From the NCBI GenBank assembly GCA_017395105.1, contig JAFPWD010000002.1, positions 38,336-102,335 on the forward strand: DNA of 64,000 nt, in the 5' to 3' direction. Every line of letters starts with the position of its first letter. Positions within the stretch are counted from its first letter, which is position 1. Shown here one piece after another: positions 27,098 to 36,738 of this stretch. The notes beneath the pieces were generated by a model. That model searched no databases. It was not told the DNA's origin and saw nothing but the letters and a program-made list of their open reading frames with translations. The DNA comes from Clostridia bacterium. Its GTDB lineage: Bacteria > Bacillota > Clostridia > Christensenellales > CAG-138. The translations under genes were made by a program, and so were the position numbers.

Positions 27098-27136
27098 ATC
27101 TGTTCCTTTCTTTCGCTTGTGGTTGCCGACAAGATA

Positions 27137-28501
27137 TCAACTCGAATACCAGCTCGCTCCCGTTTCGGGAAGGCTTAGAGGATCATAGGCTTTTTTCTTG
27201 ACTATCACGGGCTCGCGGCTTCCGTGCGGGCGGCTCATCAGGCCGTAGCGCAGCGCCTCGGGTGCGTGGTCGTTGCCGTCGGCGGCATCCTCGCGGTTCA
27301 GCCTGTCGAACTCGAGCATCGGAAGCTGGCGGATAAGGTTCGTGCAGTTTTCAAAGCATTGCCACATCGGTTTTTCGCCGCCAAAGCCGTCGGGCTTCGG
27401 TGCAAGGTATTCGCGGATGCGGTTCCAGCCCGAAATGCGCGAATTATCCGCAGGCGTGAGCGCAAGCCCCGCACTCATAAACAGCTCCGCAAGCGTTTCG
27501 CCCTCGAAGCCGCCGCTTGAAGCGAGCATCGCGCCGCGCTTTTGCCACATATCGGGCGAAGCCACGGTGTAGGCGATATGCTCGCCCTCGGAAAGCTTCT
27601 TTACCTCGCCTGCCACGAGGTCGGCGCGCATATAGCGAACGTAGAGCTCGCGGTAGGTGAACACCCTTCCCTCGCCGTCCACCGCATGCCAGAGCACGCA
27701 GCAGGGATCGTTGTAGCCCCAGTCCATCGAGCGGAAGCGCCGCCAGCTTTTCGGTATCTCAAACGGCTGTATAACGTGCTTTTCCCTTGAAAATTCGCGG
27801 AAATACTGCCCTGCGTGCACGTCCCAATCCCCCTCAAGATGCGCCCGCCGCAGATCCTCGGGCAGCGCCATGAGCTGGCGCACATAGCCGGGATCGGCGT
27901 TCATAAGCGCGGCATTGTCGTAGATTCGCGCGGGGATAAAAAGATAGTCCTCGGGGTTCTCCGAGGCGTTGTACTGCCTGTCGATAAAAAGGCGCTTCAC
28001 CCATGCGTGACCGACGTTGCCGGGGTTGCAGGTATAGTACATCCTCGGGGAAAAATCCTTGCGCGTGGTGCGGTTGCAGGTGGTCAGAAAGCGCATCTGC
28101 TCCTCGGTGAAATGCGTTGCCTCCTCCATGCCCACCACCGCATATTCCTGCCCCTGATATTGGTAAACATCCTGCGCGCTGTCGCAGTAGCCGAGCTTTA
28201 TTCGCGAGCCGTTCGGGAAGCGGAAAACGCGCTCGGTGCCGTTGTACTCCGCCGCGCCGTAAAGCTCCCTTTGAAGCGGCACGATATGGTTTTCGCGCAG
28301 CTCGGGCAGGGTGCGGCGCAATAACAGCAGGTTCAGATTCGGGTAGCGGAGCGCAAGCAGCACGAATTTTCTTCGCATAGCCCAGCTCTTGCCGCCGCCG
28401 CGCGCACCTCCATAGGCGGTGTGCCTTGCGCGGGAGAGGAAGAATTCCTTCTGCCGCTCGTTCGGTTCGCCGTGCAGGATAAGATTCATAAGCTTTATCA
28501 C
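27137..28501 (-). CDS. terL: phage terminase large subunit
   Basis: Walker A YGGARGGGKSWA and a C-terminal nuclease-type segment (MDWGYNDPCCVLWHAVDGEGRVFTYRELY). Confidence 0.85.
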   Translation of the reverse strand: MIKLMNLILHGEPNERQKEFFLSRARHTAYGGARGGGKSWAMRRKFVLLALRYPNLNLLLLRRTLPELRENHIVPLQRELYGAAEYNGTERVFRFPNGSRIKLGYCDSAQDVYQYQGQEYAVVGMEEATHFTEEQMRFLTTCNRTTRKDFSPRMYYTCNPGNVGHAWVKRLFIDRQYNASENPEDYLFIPARIYDNAALMNADPGYVRQLMALPEDLRRAHLEGDWDVHAGQYFREFSREKHVIQPFEIPKSWRRFRSMDWGYNDPCCVLWHAVDGEGRVFTYRELYVRYMRADLVAGEVKKLSEGEHIAYTVASPDMWQKRGAMLASSGGFEGETLAELFMSAGLALTPADNSRISGWNRIREYLAPKPDGFGGEKPMWQCFENCTNLIRQLPMLEFDRLNREDAADGNDHAPEALRYGLMSRPHGSREPVIVKKKAYDPLSLPETGASWYSS

Positions 28502-28962
28502 CTGTTCTTTTGTGTTCTATCGGGGTTTAGTGCCGCGCTGCTTGCGGCACGGATTTGCCGCGCCTTCGCACCGCCCGTGCGCGAAAAGACCGGGTGTGGC
28601 AACTTGCTGAGATAAGTGCGTTCAAAATGCTTTGCTGTTTTTTATATCCTGCCGCCGAATGGGGCTCGGCGAAAGGAAGAACGTGACACACGGGCGGCGA
28701 AAAGCGCTTGCGTTGGCATATTAAGTTTTTGAAGGGGGCAAAACTGCCTCCCTAATAATATTTTATCATTTTTCATAGAGCGCGTACAAGGAACAGAGAG
28801 CGCTTTGTTATACATAAAAGCGTACAGGCAACGTATTGACTTTTGAACTTGAAAATGGTATTGCAGGGTCGCGGAAGTCGTTTTTATGCCGCTTTTTGCT
28901 TTGAAAGGGTGCGCCGTTTCATGGTATAATAAATATGGGGCAGCGCCGAGGAAAGGAGCGAG

Positions 28963-29220
28963 GTGAAGGGGAAGATGATCCCTGAAAGCGAGCATACCGA
29001 GGCAAAAAGGAAGCGAAGAAGCCCGTCGAGCGAAAAGCGGCTCAGAAAGCTTGCGCTGGACACCATAATTTCCATGGTGAACGACACGGAGCTCAAGCCG
29101 TCCGATCGGCTCAGCGCGGTCAAAGCGCTTCTTGACTACATCAAATCGCAGCCCGAAAAGGCGGAGGACAGCGCTATTCGCGTTATCTTCGAGAATATGC
29201 CCGAGGGCTTTGCGGATTGA
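28963..29220 (+). CDS. small basic hypothetical protein (C-terminal helix reminiscent of phage small-terminase proteins)
   Basis: TGGTATAAT extended -10 about 35 nt upstream and AGGAG RBS. KRKRRSPSSEKRLRKL...DRLSAVKALLDY. The start is GTG 28963 or ATG 28975. Confidence 0.35.
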   Translation: MKGKMIPESEHTEAKRKRRSPSSEKRLRKLALDTIISMVNDTELKPSDRLSAVKALLDYIKSQPEKAEDSAIRVIFENMPEGFAD

Positions 29221-29223
29221 AAG

Positions 29224-29263
29224 AAAAAACGCTCTCCCGATTTTCGGTCGGGGGAGCGTTTTG
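29224..29263. terminator. bidirectional terminator
   Basis: Imperfect stem acgctc(t)cccga / tcg(g)ggggagcgt flanked by an A-run and TTTT. Confidence 0.65.
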
Positions 29264-29281
29264 CCGTTTCTTAAAGAAATC

Positions 29282-31492
29282 TTACAGTCGGAACAGTATC
29301 CTTCTGAGCAGGAAGCGCTTGAGCGGCTTTTTCTTGAAAGCCGAGCGGCGCACGCCGTCACAGCGCTCGATGAGCCGCTTCTGCTTGGAGCTCATGGAGT
29401 GGTTGGAGAATGCGGCCTCCTCGCCCAGCTCCTTGGCATCGGGCTCGGGGGGCAGTCCGTAGCGTTCAAGCCTTCTCAAGTAGCGAAGCATGCACAGTAC
29501 AGCGGCGTTCGGATCGCTCTGCTCGAAGCGATGCTTGCGTATCCTGTCCACAATGAAGCCGATAAGCAGCCTGAGTGCAATGATGCCGAGCGGTATAATC
29601 AGCCACAGCAGCGAATTATCCTTGGCTCTGCCGCTTCCTCCGCCGCTGCCTCCGTTTGCGGGGGTGGGGGAGGGACTGGGCCTCGGAGTTGCGGATGCGC
29701 GCGGATTGCGCGAGGGCTTCACGATCTCGTCGGGCTCGTCGGTCACTGGAGGCCTGGTTTCGCGCTCATCGGGATCCTGCGATGGCTCGGGAGTGGGCTC
29801 CGGCGTGGGAGTGGGCTCGGCGTAATTGCCATGAGCCGGGGTATAACTGTTAGTTCCGGGGAAGCCGGGGGTGCATTCAAGCGGCACCCAGCCAACGCCC
29901 TTTATGTATATCTCCACCCATGCATGGGAGGCTTCCTTGGTGATATCCTGCCAGGTATCCGCTTCGGCAACGTCCACGCGGTAGCCTATCGTGAAGCGGG
30001 CGGGAATGTCCAATGCCTGAAGGAACGCCGTTGCTGCGGATGCGTAGTGTACGCAGTAGCCCTGCTTATTATCCGAAATGAAGTATTCAACAAAACTCCT
30101 GCCCCTCGGCGTTGCGCCCGGGGTGAGCGTGTAGGAACCGAAGCTGCGAACCTTATCGACAACTGCAAGCGAAGCGCCGTATACGTCTGTCTTTTTAAGA
30201 TACTTAACGTATTCCGAGAGCGTGGGGGCGATGCCGAGAACAACGGGGAAGCTTTCGTCCATGAGCTTGATAAGCTCGTCCTTCTGCTTGCCGGCGGGCA
30301 TGGTGTAGTTATTGAGCGCAAAGAGATAGTATTCGCTCTCCGCCTTGCCGCCGTTTACCGGTGTAAAGCGCAGATCGGGAATGAAGTGCCATGTATACGA
30401 GGTTTCGCCGTATGAGCGAACGAAGCCCTCCTCCACCTTAACGTATGCATCCGGCCGGAATGCGTAAGGCACCACACGCTCGTTTGTGAACGCGCCCTGA
30501 ACGGAGATTGTTGCGGAGTCGCCCTGCTGTGTGCTTCCGAGCTCATGCATGGAGCGCCAATCGCCGCCGTATTCGGGCGATACGGCGAAGCCGTTGTTTT
30601 TATACAGACCGTAGGAGTGGGTACGCATAAGGAAGGAGCCCGCCGCCGTGGAGCTGACGGAGAAAGCCTTGGAGTCGCTCACAAGGCGGTCGTTTATCGA
30701 GTCGAGCCCGTACTCCTTCGGGTTGCTTGAAAACAGCGAGAGCACGCCGTCCTGAACACGCCCGAAGCGTTCACCCAGAACGTACTGCCTTTGCTCGTAT
30801 GGGATGGGAATGTATCTCTTCTCGGGCGAAAGCGCACGAAGCGCAAAAGCCAGCGCCGTTAGCAGCAGCAGGAACACGAGCCTTGCCATCGCGTGCTTCT
30901 TGGTGCTGCCCTTGATGCCGTGCCCGAGCAGAACGCCGCCGAAGTAAACAACGAGGAGTATCACCGAGTACAGCACGGGCGAGCAGTCCGTATAGACCAT
31001 GCTCAAAAACACGGAGGGGAGCAGCACGAGTATCGCGGGAAGGGGGGAACTGCTCTTTATCACCGCGAGCGAAATAAGCACCGCCACGATCGCCTCGATC
31101 GCGATCAAAAACGAGGTAACGCGGGAGGCAACGAATATATGAGGCAAGTTCGGTTCCTTGGGAACGGGAAGGAACGGGAAGATAGAGGAAGGGGGCCGCA
31201 TTAACGCGTAATAAAAAATTTTAATGCCCGATTTAATATGCGCCCAATCCAAGATCACGTAGACCGAAACTGCCAAAAGGAAAAGCAGCATCGGGAAGAG
31301 CGGTCTTTTAGCAAGATGAAGGATCGCGCAAAGGAGCAGGGAAAACAGAAGTGCAATGTAGATGAGCGTGGGAAGCTCGAATTCAACGCCGTATGAGCTT
31401 GGAACGGTCAGCACGGCCGCAAGCACGCCGCAGCAAACGAGCAGGGCGTTCACGAATATGCTCCAATAGGGCTTTTTCATGCGGCTGTTCAT
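29282..31492 (-). CDS. transglutaminase-like (TGc) polytopic membrane protein with C-terminal DUF4129-like region
   Basis: QGYCVHYASAATAFLQALDIPARF (Cys) and EASHAWVEIYIKGVGWVPLECTP (His/Asp region). Multi-TM N-terminus. The ATGA overlaps the upstream DUF58 gene. Confidence 0.8.
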   Translation of the reverse strand: MNSRMKKPYWSIFVNALLVCCGVLAAVLTVPSSYGVEFELPTLIYIALLFSLLLCAILHLAKRPLFPMLLFLLAVSVYVILDWAHIKSGIKIFYYALMRPPSSIFPFLPVPKEPNLPHIFVASRVTSFLIAIEAIVAVLISLAVIKSSSPLPAILVLLPSVFLSMVYTDCSPVLYSVILLVVYFGGVLLGHGIKGSTKKHAMARLVFLLLLTALAFALRALSPEKRYIPIPYEQRQYVLGERFGRVQDGVLSLFSSNPKEYGLDSINDRLVSDSKAFSVSSTAAGSFLMRTHSYGLYKNNGFAVSPEYGGDWRSMHELGSTQQGDSATISVQGAFTNERVVPYAFRPDAYVKVEEGFVRSYGETSYTWHFIPDLRFTPVNGGKAESEYYLFALNNYTMPAGKQKDELIKLMDESFPVVLGIAPTLSEYVKYLKKTDVYGASLAVVDKVRSFGSYTLTPGATPRGRSFVEYFISDNKQGYCVHYASAATAFLQALDIPARFTIGYRVDVAEADTWQDITKEASHAWVEIYIKGVGWVPLECTPGFPGTNSYTPAHGNYAEPTPTPEPTPEPSQDPDERETRPPVTDEPDEIVKPSRNPRASATPRPSPSPTPANGGSGGGSGRAKDNSLLWLIIPLGIIALRLLIGFIVDRIRKHRFEQSDPNAAVLCMLRYLRRLERYGLPPEPDAKELGEEAAFSNHSMSSKQKRLIERCDGVRRSAFKKKPLKRFLLRRILFRL

Positions 31493-32442
31493 GCTTCCAC
31501 CCCCTTTGAAGGACGGATGCGGTAGATAAGCGTATCCCCTCCGAGGGGAACGCCGGGTGCGTAGCGGGCATTCATGGGATTTGAGAGCTTTTCCTTTATG
31601 AACTCGTTGAATTCGTCGTTGGAGGTGATATCGAGCATATCCGGACCGAAAACGAGCCTATACGGAATTTCCTTTTCGATCAGCTCCTCGCTCAGATACC
31701 TGAGCTGCTCTATAACGCTCTGCTGATCCGAATAATTGGCGGGAAGATCGGCGGAAAGCAAGATCTTTTTTCTTATAACCTCCTGAGGCTCGCGGATTAT
31801 AAGCTCGTCCATCTTGCCCGAGAGCTTCCAATGAACAAGGTTCAGCGGATCGCCCGCGCGGTATTCCCTAAGCTCGTGCTCCTCGGAGAAGCCGAGGGGC
31901 TTGGGCTTGAAATGAAGCGTTGAGGGGTCGTCGAGCTCGGGCTCGGGATTCGGGCGCTCGATATTGGGCAAAACGGTGAATTCCGCCGCGCCGCTGCGCC
32001 GAACGGGTATGGGAAACAGCCCGAGATAGTCGTATACCCGAGCTTTTTTTATGCGGTAGCGTATGGTGCCGAGGCGCGTGGTGTCGGGATGGAAGCTCTT
32101 GGTGAGCGTGTTCATTCCGCCTGTTTTGATGGTCTGCGGCGAGCCGGCTTGATTTGTGAAAAGATTCTTTTCCTCAACCGTGATGCTCCATGCCTCGGGA
32201 GGAAGGAAAAACTTGCAGTTGAGCTCGAGCAGAACGCTGCCCTCGGAATTCCTGTGCACGTCCAAGCCGCCCACAAGGGAGGCCTTTGAGGTTAGTGCAG
32301 CGGGCAGGCTCACGAGCAGAGAAAGCAGGGGAAGACATAAGAAAAATATCAGTATGTAATGCGTTGCATACTGTCCGTAAGCGAAATGATAGAGCGCGGC
32401 AAGTGCAAGCAGCGCTATGTAGATTATGCGCCGAACCGCCAT
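31489..32442 (-). CDS. DUF58 domain protein
   Basis: HELREYRAGDPLNLVHWKLSGKMDELIIRE motif. It sits between MoxR and the transglutaminase gene. Confidence 0.8.
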   Translation of the reverse strand: MAVRRIIYIALLALAALYHFAYGQYATHYILIFFLCLPLLSLLVSLPAALTSKASLVGGLDVHRNSEGSVLLELNCKFFLPPEAWSITVEEKNLFTNQAGSPQTIKTGGMNTLTKSFHPDTTRLGTIRYRIKKARVYDYLGLFPIPVRRSGAAEFTVLPNIERPNPEPELDDPSTLHFKPKPLGFSEEHELREYRAGDPLNLVHWKLSGKMDELIIREPQEVIRKKILLSADLPANYSDQQSVIEQLRYLSEELIEKEIPYRLVFGPDMLDITSNDEFNEFIKEKLSNPMNARYAPGVPLGGDTLIYRIRPSKGVEA

Positions 32443-33371
32443 TATTTTACGGAGGGAGCGGGGGTTCTTGAAAGGATCTCATCGAGCACGGACTGCTGCG
32501 TTTTGCCGGAGGACTTCGCTTCGGGCGTAAGCACGAGTCTGTGCGCAACGGTGCAGGGGTAGATCAGCTCCACGTCGTCGGGAACGACGTAATCGCGGTT
32601 CTGCACCCATGCCGCCGCCTTTGCCATGGCGATGACCGCCAGCGAAGCGCGGGGGCTTGCGCCGTGGATGAGGGATTCGTGGGAGCGGGAGGTGCTTGAA
32701 AGCCTTATGGTGTAGTCGAGGATCTTTTTATCGGTATAGACCCTGTCCACCTCGCGCCTCATATCGGCAAGCTCCTGCCTGTTTGCAACGCAGTTGACGG
32801 TCTCAAGCGGATTGCCGAGCTGCTTGCGCGTTAGAAGATCGAGCTCGTGATTGTGCTCGGGGTAGCCGAGCGAAAGCTTGACCATGAAGCGGTCGAGCTG
32901 GGATTCGGGCAGAAGCTGCGTTCCGCTCGAGCCGACGGGGTTCTGTGTTGCGATAACGATGAACGGATCGGGCACGGGATGGGTCTCGCCGTCAACCGTG
33001 ACGCTGCCCTCCTCCATCGCCTCAAGAAGCGCACTCTGGGTGCGGCTCGTGGCGCGGTTCAGCTCGTCCGCAAGGAAAAGGTTGCAGAGGATGGCGCCGG
33101 GCTTATAGACCATCTTGCCGGACTGCTTGTCGAAAAGGGAGAAGCCCACGATATCCGAGGGCAGAACGTCCGGCGTGAACTGCACACGCTGATAGTCTAA
33201 GCCGAGCGCCTTGCTGAACGCAAGCGCCATGGTGGTTTTGCCAACGCCCGGAATATCTTCAATGAGGATATGGCCGCGTGCGAGGATGGAAATAAGCGCC
33301 ATCGTAAGCACTTCGTCCTTGCCCACAACCGCTTTTTTGAGTTCCTTGAGTATGGATACGGGATCGGTCAT
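32442..33371 (-). CDS. MoxR-family AAA+ ATPase
   Basis: GHILIEDIPGVGKTTMALAFS, FTPDVLPSDIVG and ALLEAMEEGSVTVDGETHPVPDPFIVIATQNP. Confidence 0.9.
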   Translation of the reverse strand: MTDPVSILKELKKAVVGKDEVLTMALISILARGHILIEDIPGVGKTTMALAFSKALGLDYQRVQFTPDVLPSDIVGFSLFDKQSGKMVYKPGAILCNLFLADELNRATSRTQSALLEAMEEGSVTVDGETHPVPDPFIVIATQNPVGSSGTQLLPESQLDRFMVKLSLGYPEHNHELDLLTRKQLGNPLETVNCVANRQELADMRREVDRVYTDKKILDYTIRLSSTSRSHESLIHGASPRASLAVIAMAKAAAWVQNRDYVVPDDVELIYPCTVAHRLVLTPEAKSSGKTQQSVLDEILSRTPAPSVK

Positions 33372-33565
33372 TTGTTGCCTCCGAACTATATGTATGCATA
33401 AGGAAGTATACTATAGTTTACATGGTTTGTAAAGCCGTAAAATGTGTACTTTTTATTAACGCGAACAAGGCGGCGCAAGCTAAACCGCCGAAGTCGTATC
33501 CCGGGCGGGATAAAGCTTCGGCGGTCTGCTTTTCGTTATAAAGCCGTGCGGATGCGCCCTATGGC

Positions 33566-34741
33566 TTATTTTTTAAACTCCAGATCGGTCTTTTCCCAAG
33601 GGAAGCCGCAGTCCTCCCTGCCGAAGTGACCGTATGCGGCGGTCTTGGCATAGATGGGACGGCGCAGGCCGAGATGGCGGATTATCGCGGCGGGGCGGAA
33701 GTCGAAGCTTCTTGAAAGCATCTCTTCAAGCTCGCTGTCGGGCATGATGCCGGTGCCGAAGGTGTCCACCCTCAGGGAAACGGGCTTTGCAACGCCGATC
33801 GCGTAGGCAAGCTGTATCTCGCAGCGCTTGGCATAGCCCTGAGCCACGATATTCTTTGCGGCATAGCGGGCGGCATACGCGGCGGAACGGTCAACCTTGG
33901 TGGGATCCTTGCCTGAGAAGCTGCCGCCGCCGTGACGGCCGTAGCCGCCGTAGGTATCGACGATTATTTTCCTGCCCGTGAGACCGGAATCGCCCTGAGG
34001 ACCGCCGATAACGAAGCGGCCGGTCGGGTTCACATAGATCTTGGTGTGCTCATCCATGAGCTCAGCGGGGATCACGGCCTTGATGACCTTCCCGGTTATC
34101 TCGGCGCGAAGCTGTTCCATATCGACCTCGGGATCGTGCTGGGTGGAGATCACGACCGTGTCAACGCGCACGGGTCGGTTTTCGTCGTCGTATTCGACAG
34201 TTACCTGGCTCTTGCCGTCCGGGCGAAGATTTGAAACGATGCCGCTTTTGCGAACCTCGGTGAGCCTCTTGGTAAGTCTGTGCGCAAGGCTGATGGGAAG
34301 AGGCATGCATTCGGGAGTTTCATCGCAGGCAAAACCAAACATCATGCCCTGATCGCCAGCGCCGATGTCGAGTGCATCGCCCGTTTCGCCGTTTTTCGCT
34401 TCAAGGCTCTTATCAACGCCCATCGCGATATCGGCGGACTGGCTGTTGAGCGCGCTGATAACGGCGAGCGCATTGCCGTCGAAGCCGTATTCGGGCTTGT
34501 CGTAGCCAATGTCGAGCACAACGTCGCGAACGAGCCTCGGAATGTCGATGTAGCAATCCGTAGTTACCTCGCCCATGACCATCACCATGCCGGTGGTGGC
34601 GCAGCATTCGCAGGCAACGCGGGAATTGGGGTCGTTCTTGAGCATTTCGTCAAGAACCGTGTCCGCGATCCTGTCGCAGACCTTGTCGGGATGTCCCTCC
34701 GTAACGGATTCGGAGGTAAAAAGTCTTTTCTGTTTTTCCAT
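33566..34741 (-). CDS. metK: S-adenosylmethionine synthetase
   Basis: [16 protein letters not shown] and [10 protein letters not shown] motifs. Confidence 0.95.
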   Translation of the reverse strand: MEKQKRLFTSESVTEGHPDKVCDRIADTVLDEMLKNDPNSRVACECCATTGMVMVMGEVTTDCYIDIPRLVRDVVLDIGYDKPEYGFDGNALAVISALNSQSADIAMGVDKSLEAKNGETGDALDIGAGDQGMMFGFACDETPECMPLPISLAHRLTKRLTEVRKSGIVSNLRPDGKSQVTVEYDDENRPVRVDTVVISTQHDPEVDMEQLRAEITGKVIKAVIPAELMDEHTKIYVNPTGRFVIGGPQGDSGLTGRKIIVDTYGGYGRHGGGSFSGKDPTKVDRSAAYAARYAAKNIVAQGYAKRCEIQLAYAIGVAKPVSLRVDTFGTGIMPDSELEEMLSRSFDFRPAAIIRHLGLRRPIYAKTAAYGHFGREDCGFPWEKTDLEFKK

Positions 34742-34807
34742 TTTAATTATACCGATTCTTTCGATTGAATTTTTTATATCAACGCTTATTGCGCAGCGTG
34801 AATGGAT

Positions 34808-35815
34808 TTAAAGCTCCGCGCCCTCGTCCTCGCTCTTAACGATGCCGTGGCCGTGGCGGTACAAAAGACGATTATCGAGCGCCCACTGTCTGTCGGAGAA
34901 GCCGCCGATCTGAACGCTTGCAAGAACGTCGAACATTTCGTAGAGCTTCGCATCGAGCGTGTCCACCGTGGAAACGATCTCCGCCTCGGGAAACATCGGG
35001 GGCTTGGGCGAACCGAATTCGGGAACGCCGTGGTGGGAGAGCAGGATATGCGCGAGCAGCATCGCCTTTTCGTTTGGAATGCCGAGCTCCATTGCCGCAA
35101 GCTCGATCATGTTCACGCCCATGGTGATATGCCCAAGCAGCTGACCCTCGGGCGAATACGCAGTCGCAAGCCCGAGCGGGCCCACGTCCAGCTCGGTGGT
35201 TTTTGCGATATCGTGCAGGATAACGCCCGCGTAAACAAGGTCGCTCGAAAGCTCGGGATAGATGGGGGAGTAGACCTCCACCATCTTCTTTGCCACCTCG
35301 AGCATCGTGTGCGTGTGGAACACGAGGCCGCCCTTGTGCGCATGGTGCAGGCGCAGTGCGGCGGGGTATTTCGCGATGCGATCCTTATTCGCGGCAAGCA
35401 GATAGCGGGTCAGCGTTGCGATATCGGGGTCATCGAAGGTGCCCGCGAAATCGTAAAGCGCCTTGTAGAGCAGCTCGCCGTCGATGGGCGGCTCGGCAAC
35501 TATGGTGGAGATATCCACTTCGTCGCCGTCGTTCATCTTGCGGATGCGGTCTATCTTGAGCTGCTCCTGATCGCGGTAAACGTTGATCGTGCCGCGAATC
35601 TTGATTATCTCGCCTGCGGAATAGGTGCCGTGAACGGTGCTCTGGTAATCCCAAAGCTTTGCGTTGATCTCGCCGTCGGCATCCGCAAGCATGAAATCAA
35701 GATACTCCGCACCCTTGACGTTCAGCTTGAGCTGAACGGATTTGATAATGCAGAAGCCCTCCACCTGACCGGAGGCGCTGTTTATAACGTTTGAAAGAAG
35801 TCTCATCCTTCCCAT
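34808..35815 (-). CDS. yhaM: 3'-5' exoribonuclease YhaM-like (OB fold + HD domain)
   Basis: N-terminal OB-fold pattern (...DFMLADADGEINAKLWDY), HHAHKGGLVFHTHTM and LLSHHGVPEFGSPKPPMFPEAEIVSTVDTLDAK. Confidence 0.8.
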   Translation of the reverse strand: MGRMRLLSNVINSASGQVEGFCIIKSVQLKLNVKGAEYLDFMLADADGEINAKLWDYQSTVHGTYSAGEIIKIRGTINVYRDQEQLKIDRIRKMNDGDEVDISTIVAEPPIDGELLYKALYDFAGTFDDPDIATLTRYLLAANKDRIAKYPAALRLHHAHKGGLVFHTHTMLEVAKKMVEVYSPIYPELSSDLVYAGVILHDIAKTTELDVGPLGLATAYSPEGQLLGHITMGVNMIELAAMELGIPNEKAMLLAHILLSHHGVPEFGSPKPPMFPEAEIVSTVDTLDAKLYEMFDVLASVQIGGFSDRQWALDNRLLYRHGHGIVKSEDEGAEL

Positions 35816-35871
35816 GGTTCACCTCAAAAAGCTTTTTGCGGGTAATGCTTCGCCGTGCACGGCAAAGACTT

Positions 35872-36471
35872 TTATTTTTCATCGTATCTTGTGCAGGAGA
35901 GCACGAGTGTATCATCGCCCTCGAGCTTGAAAACGAAGTCAAGCTCCACGCGCGCATCGTCCGCGCAAACGGCCTTAACGAGAACCTCGCGGTTGCCGTT
36001 CTCGTTAAGCTTAACGGAGGCTATCTCGGCGGAGGTCACAACGGGCGAATTGGTTTTAACAAAGTAGGTTCCGTTCGCATAATAGAAATCCTGATCCCCG
36101 GAATTCTTCTGCGTGTGGAGCAGGTTTGCGATTCCGAAATACATTTTAAGGCGCTCGGCGGAATCCGTGCCGGAAACCTTTGCGTAGCCGTCCGATTCGG
36201 GCTTGAGCTCGTCATTATAAAGGTAATAGATGAACTGCTCTATCTCCCTAACGGTGAGCGCGTATTCGCTGTTGTAGACCTTGCCGCTTTCGATGAAGGC
36301 CTCGCTTATCGCAAGTATATTCGCCCGCTGCGCTTCACTCAGCTCGGAGCCGCCGTCGGGCTTGGGAGTGTTGCCGCCGCCGTCCTTATTGCATGCGGAG
36401 AAAACAGCGAGGGAAAACAGCGCGGATGCGCAAACAAGAAGGGCGGCTATGCGCCGAAGGTTCGCTTTCAT
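35872..36471 (-). CDS. hypothetical lipoprotein
   Basis: MKANLRRIAALLVCASALFSLAVFSAC lipobox from ATG 36471. Confidence 0.55.
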   Translation of the reverse strand: MKANLRRIAALLVCASALFSLAVFSACNKDGGGNTPKPDGGSELSEAQRANILAISEAFIESGKVYNSEYALTVREIEQFIYYLYNDELKPESDGYAKVSGTDSAERLKMYFGIANLLHTQKNSGDQDFYYANGTYFVKTNSPVVTSAEIASVKLNENGNREVLVKAVCADDARVELDFVFKLEGDDTLVLSCTRYDEK

Positions 36472-36682
36472 GGACGTAATTCGCTTTCTTAAAAGTATTG
36501 CTCTTTCGGCTCCGCATCGGCGCAAACCAAACGCTTCAAGCGATGCCGTTATCATATTATTTTATCATAGCGCATGGGTTAAAGCAAGAGCAAATCGGCA
36601 GCGTTTCAGGATTTTAAAAAAATAGCGCGAATGTTCGCAACACAAAAAGGCACCGTTTCTGAATTCCTGCTGCAAGTAAAAA

Positions 36683-36711
36683 ACGGACTATAAAGATATA
36701 GTCCACAAAGA
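36683..36711 (-). terminator. Rho-independent terminator (minus strand)
   Basis: ggactata/tatagtcc stem followed by GTTTTTT on the minus strand. Confidence 0.7.
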
Positions 36712-36738
36712 ATTCTGACTTATTCCCACATAGCTTGC

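Noticed and set aside
25832-27178. 448-aa plus-strand ORF across the portal gene. Similar long antisense ORFs occur at 15548..16372, 29132..30415, 34802..35794, 38529..39383, 39374..40573, 45996..46970, 53796..55169 and 62750..63919.
   Set aside because: Each lies opposite a gene with strong family motifs (portal, SBP/DUF1292, transglutaminase, yhaM, xpaC, telA, the membrane protein, buk, thiolase). These are typical high-GC shadow ORFs without start signals.
28642-29361. 239-aa minus-strand ORF between terL and the transglutaminase gene
   Set aside because: It spans a promoter, a bidirectional terminator and an opposite-strand small gene. It has no RBS and no recognisable sequence features.
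34742-34807. SAM (S-box) riboswitch upstream of metK
   Set aside because: The intergenic gap to yhaM is only 66 nt and shows none of the conserved S-box helices, so there is not enough room.
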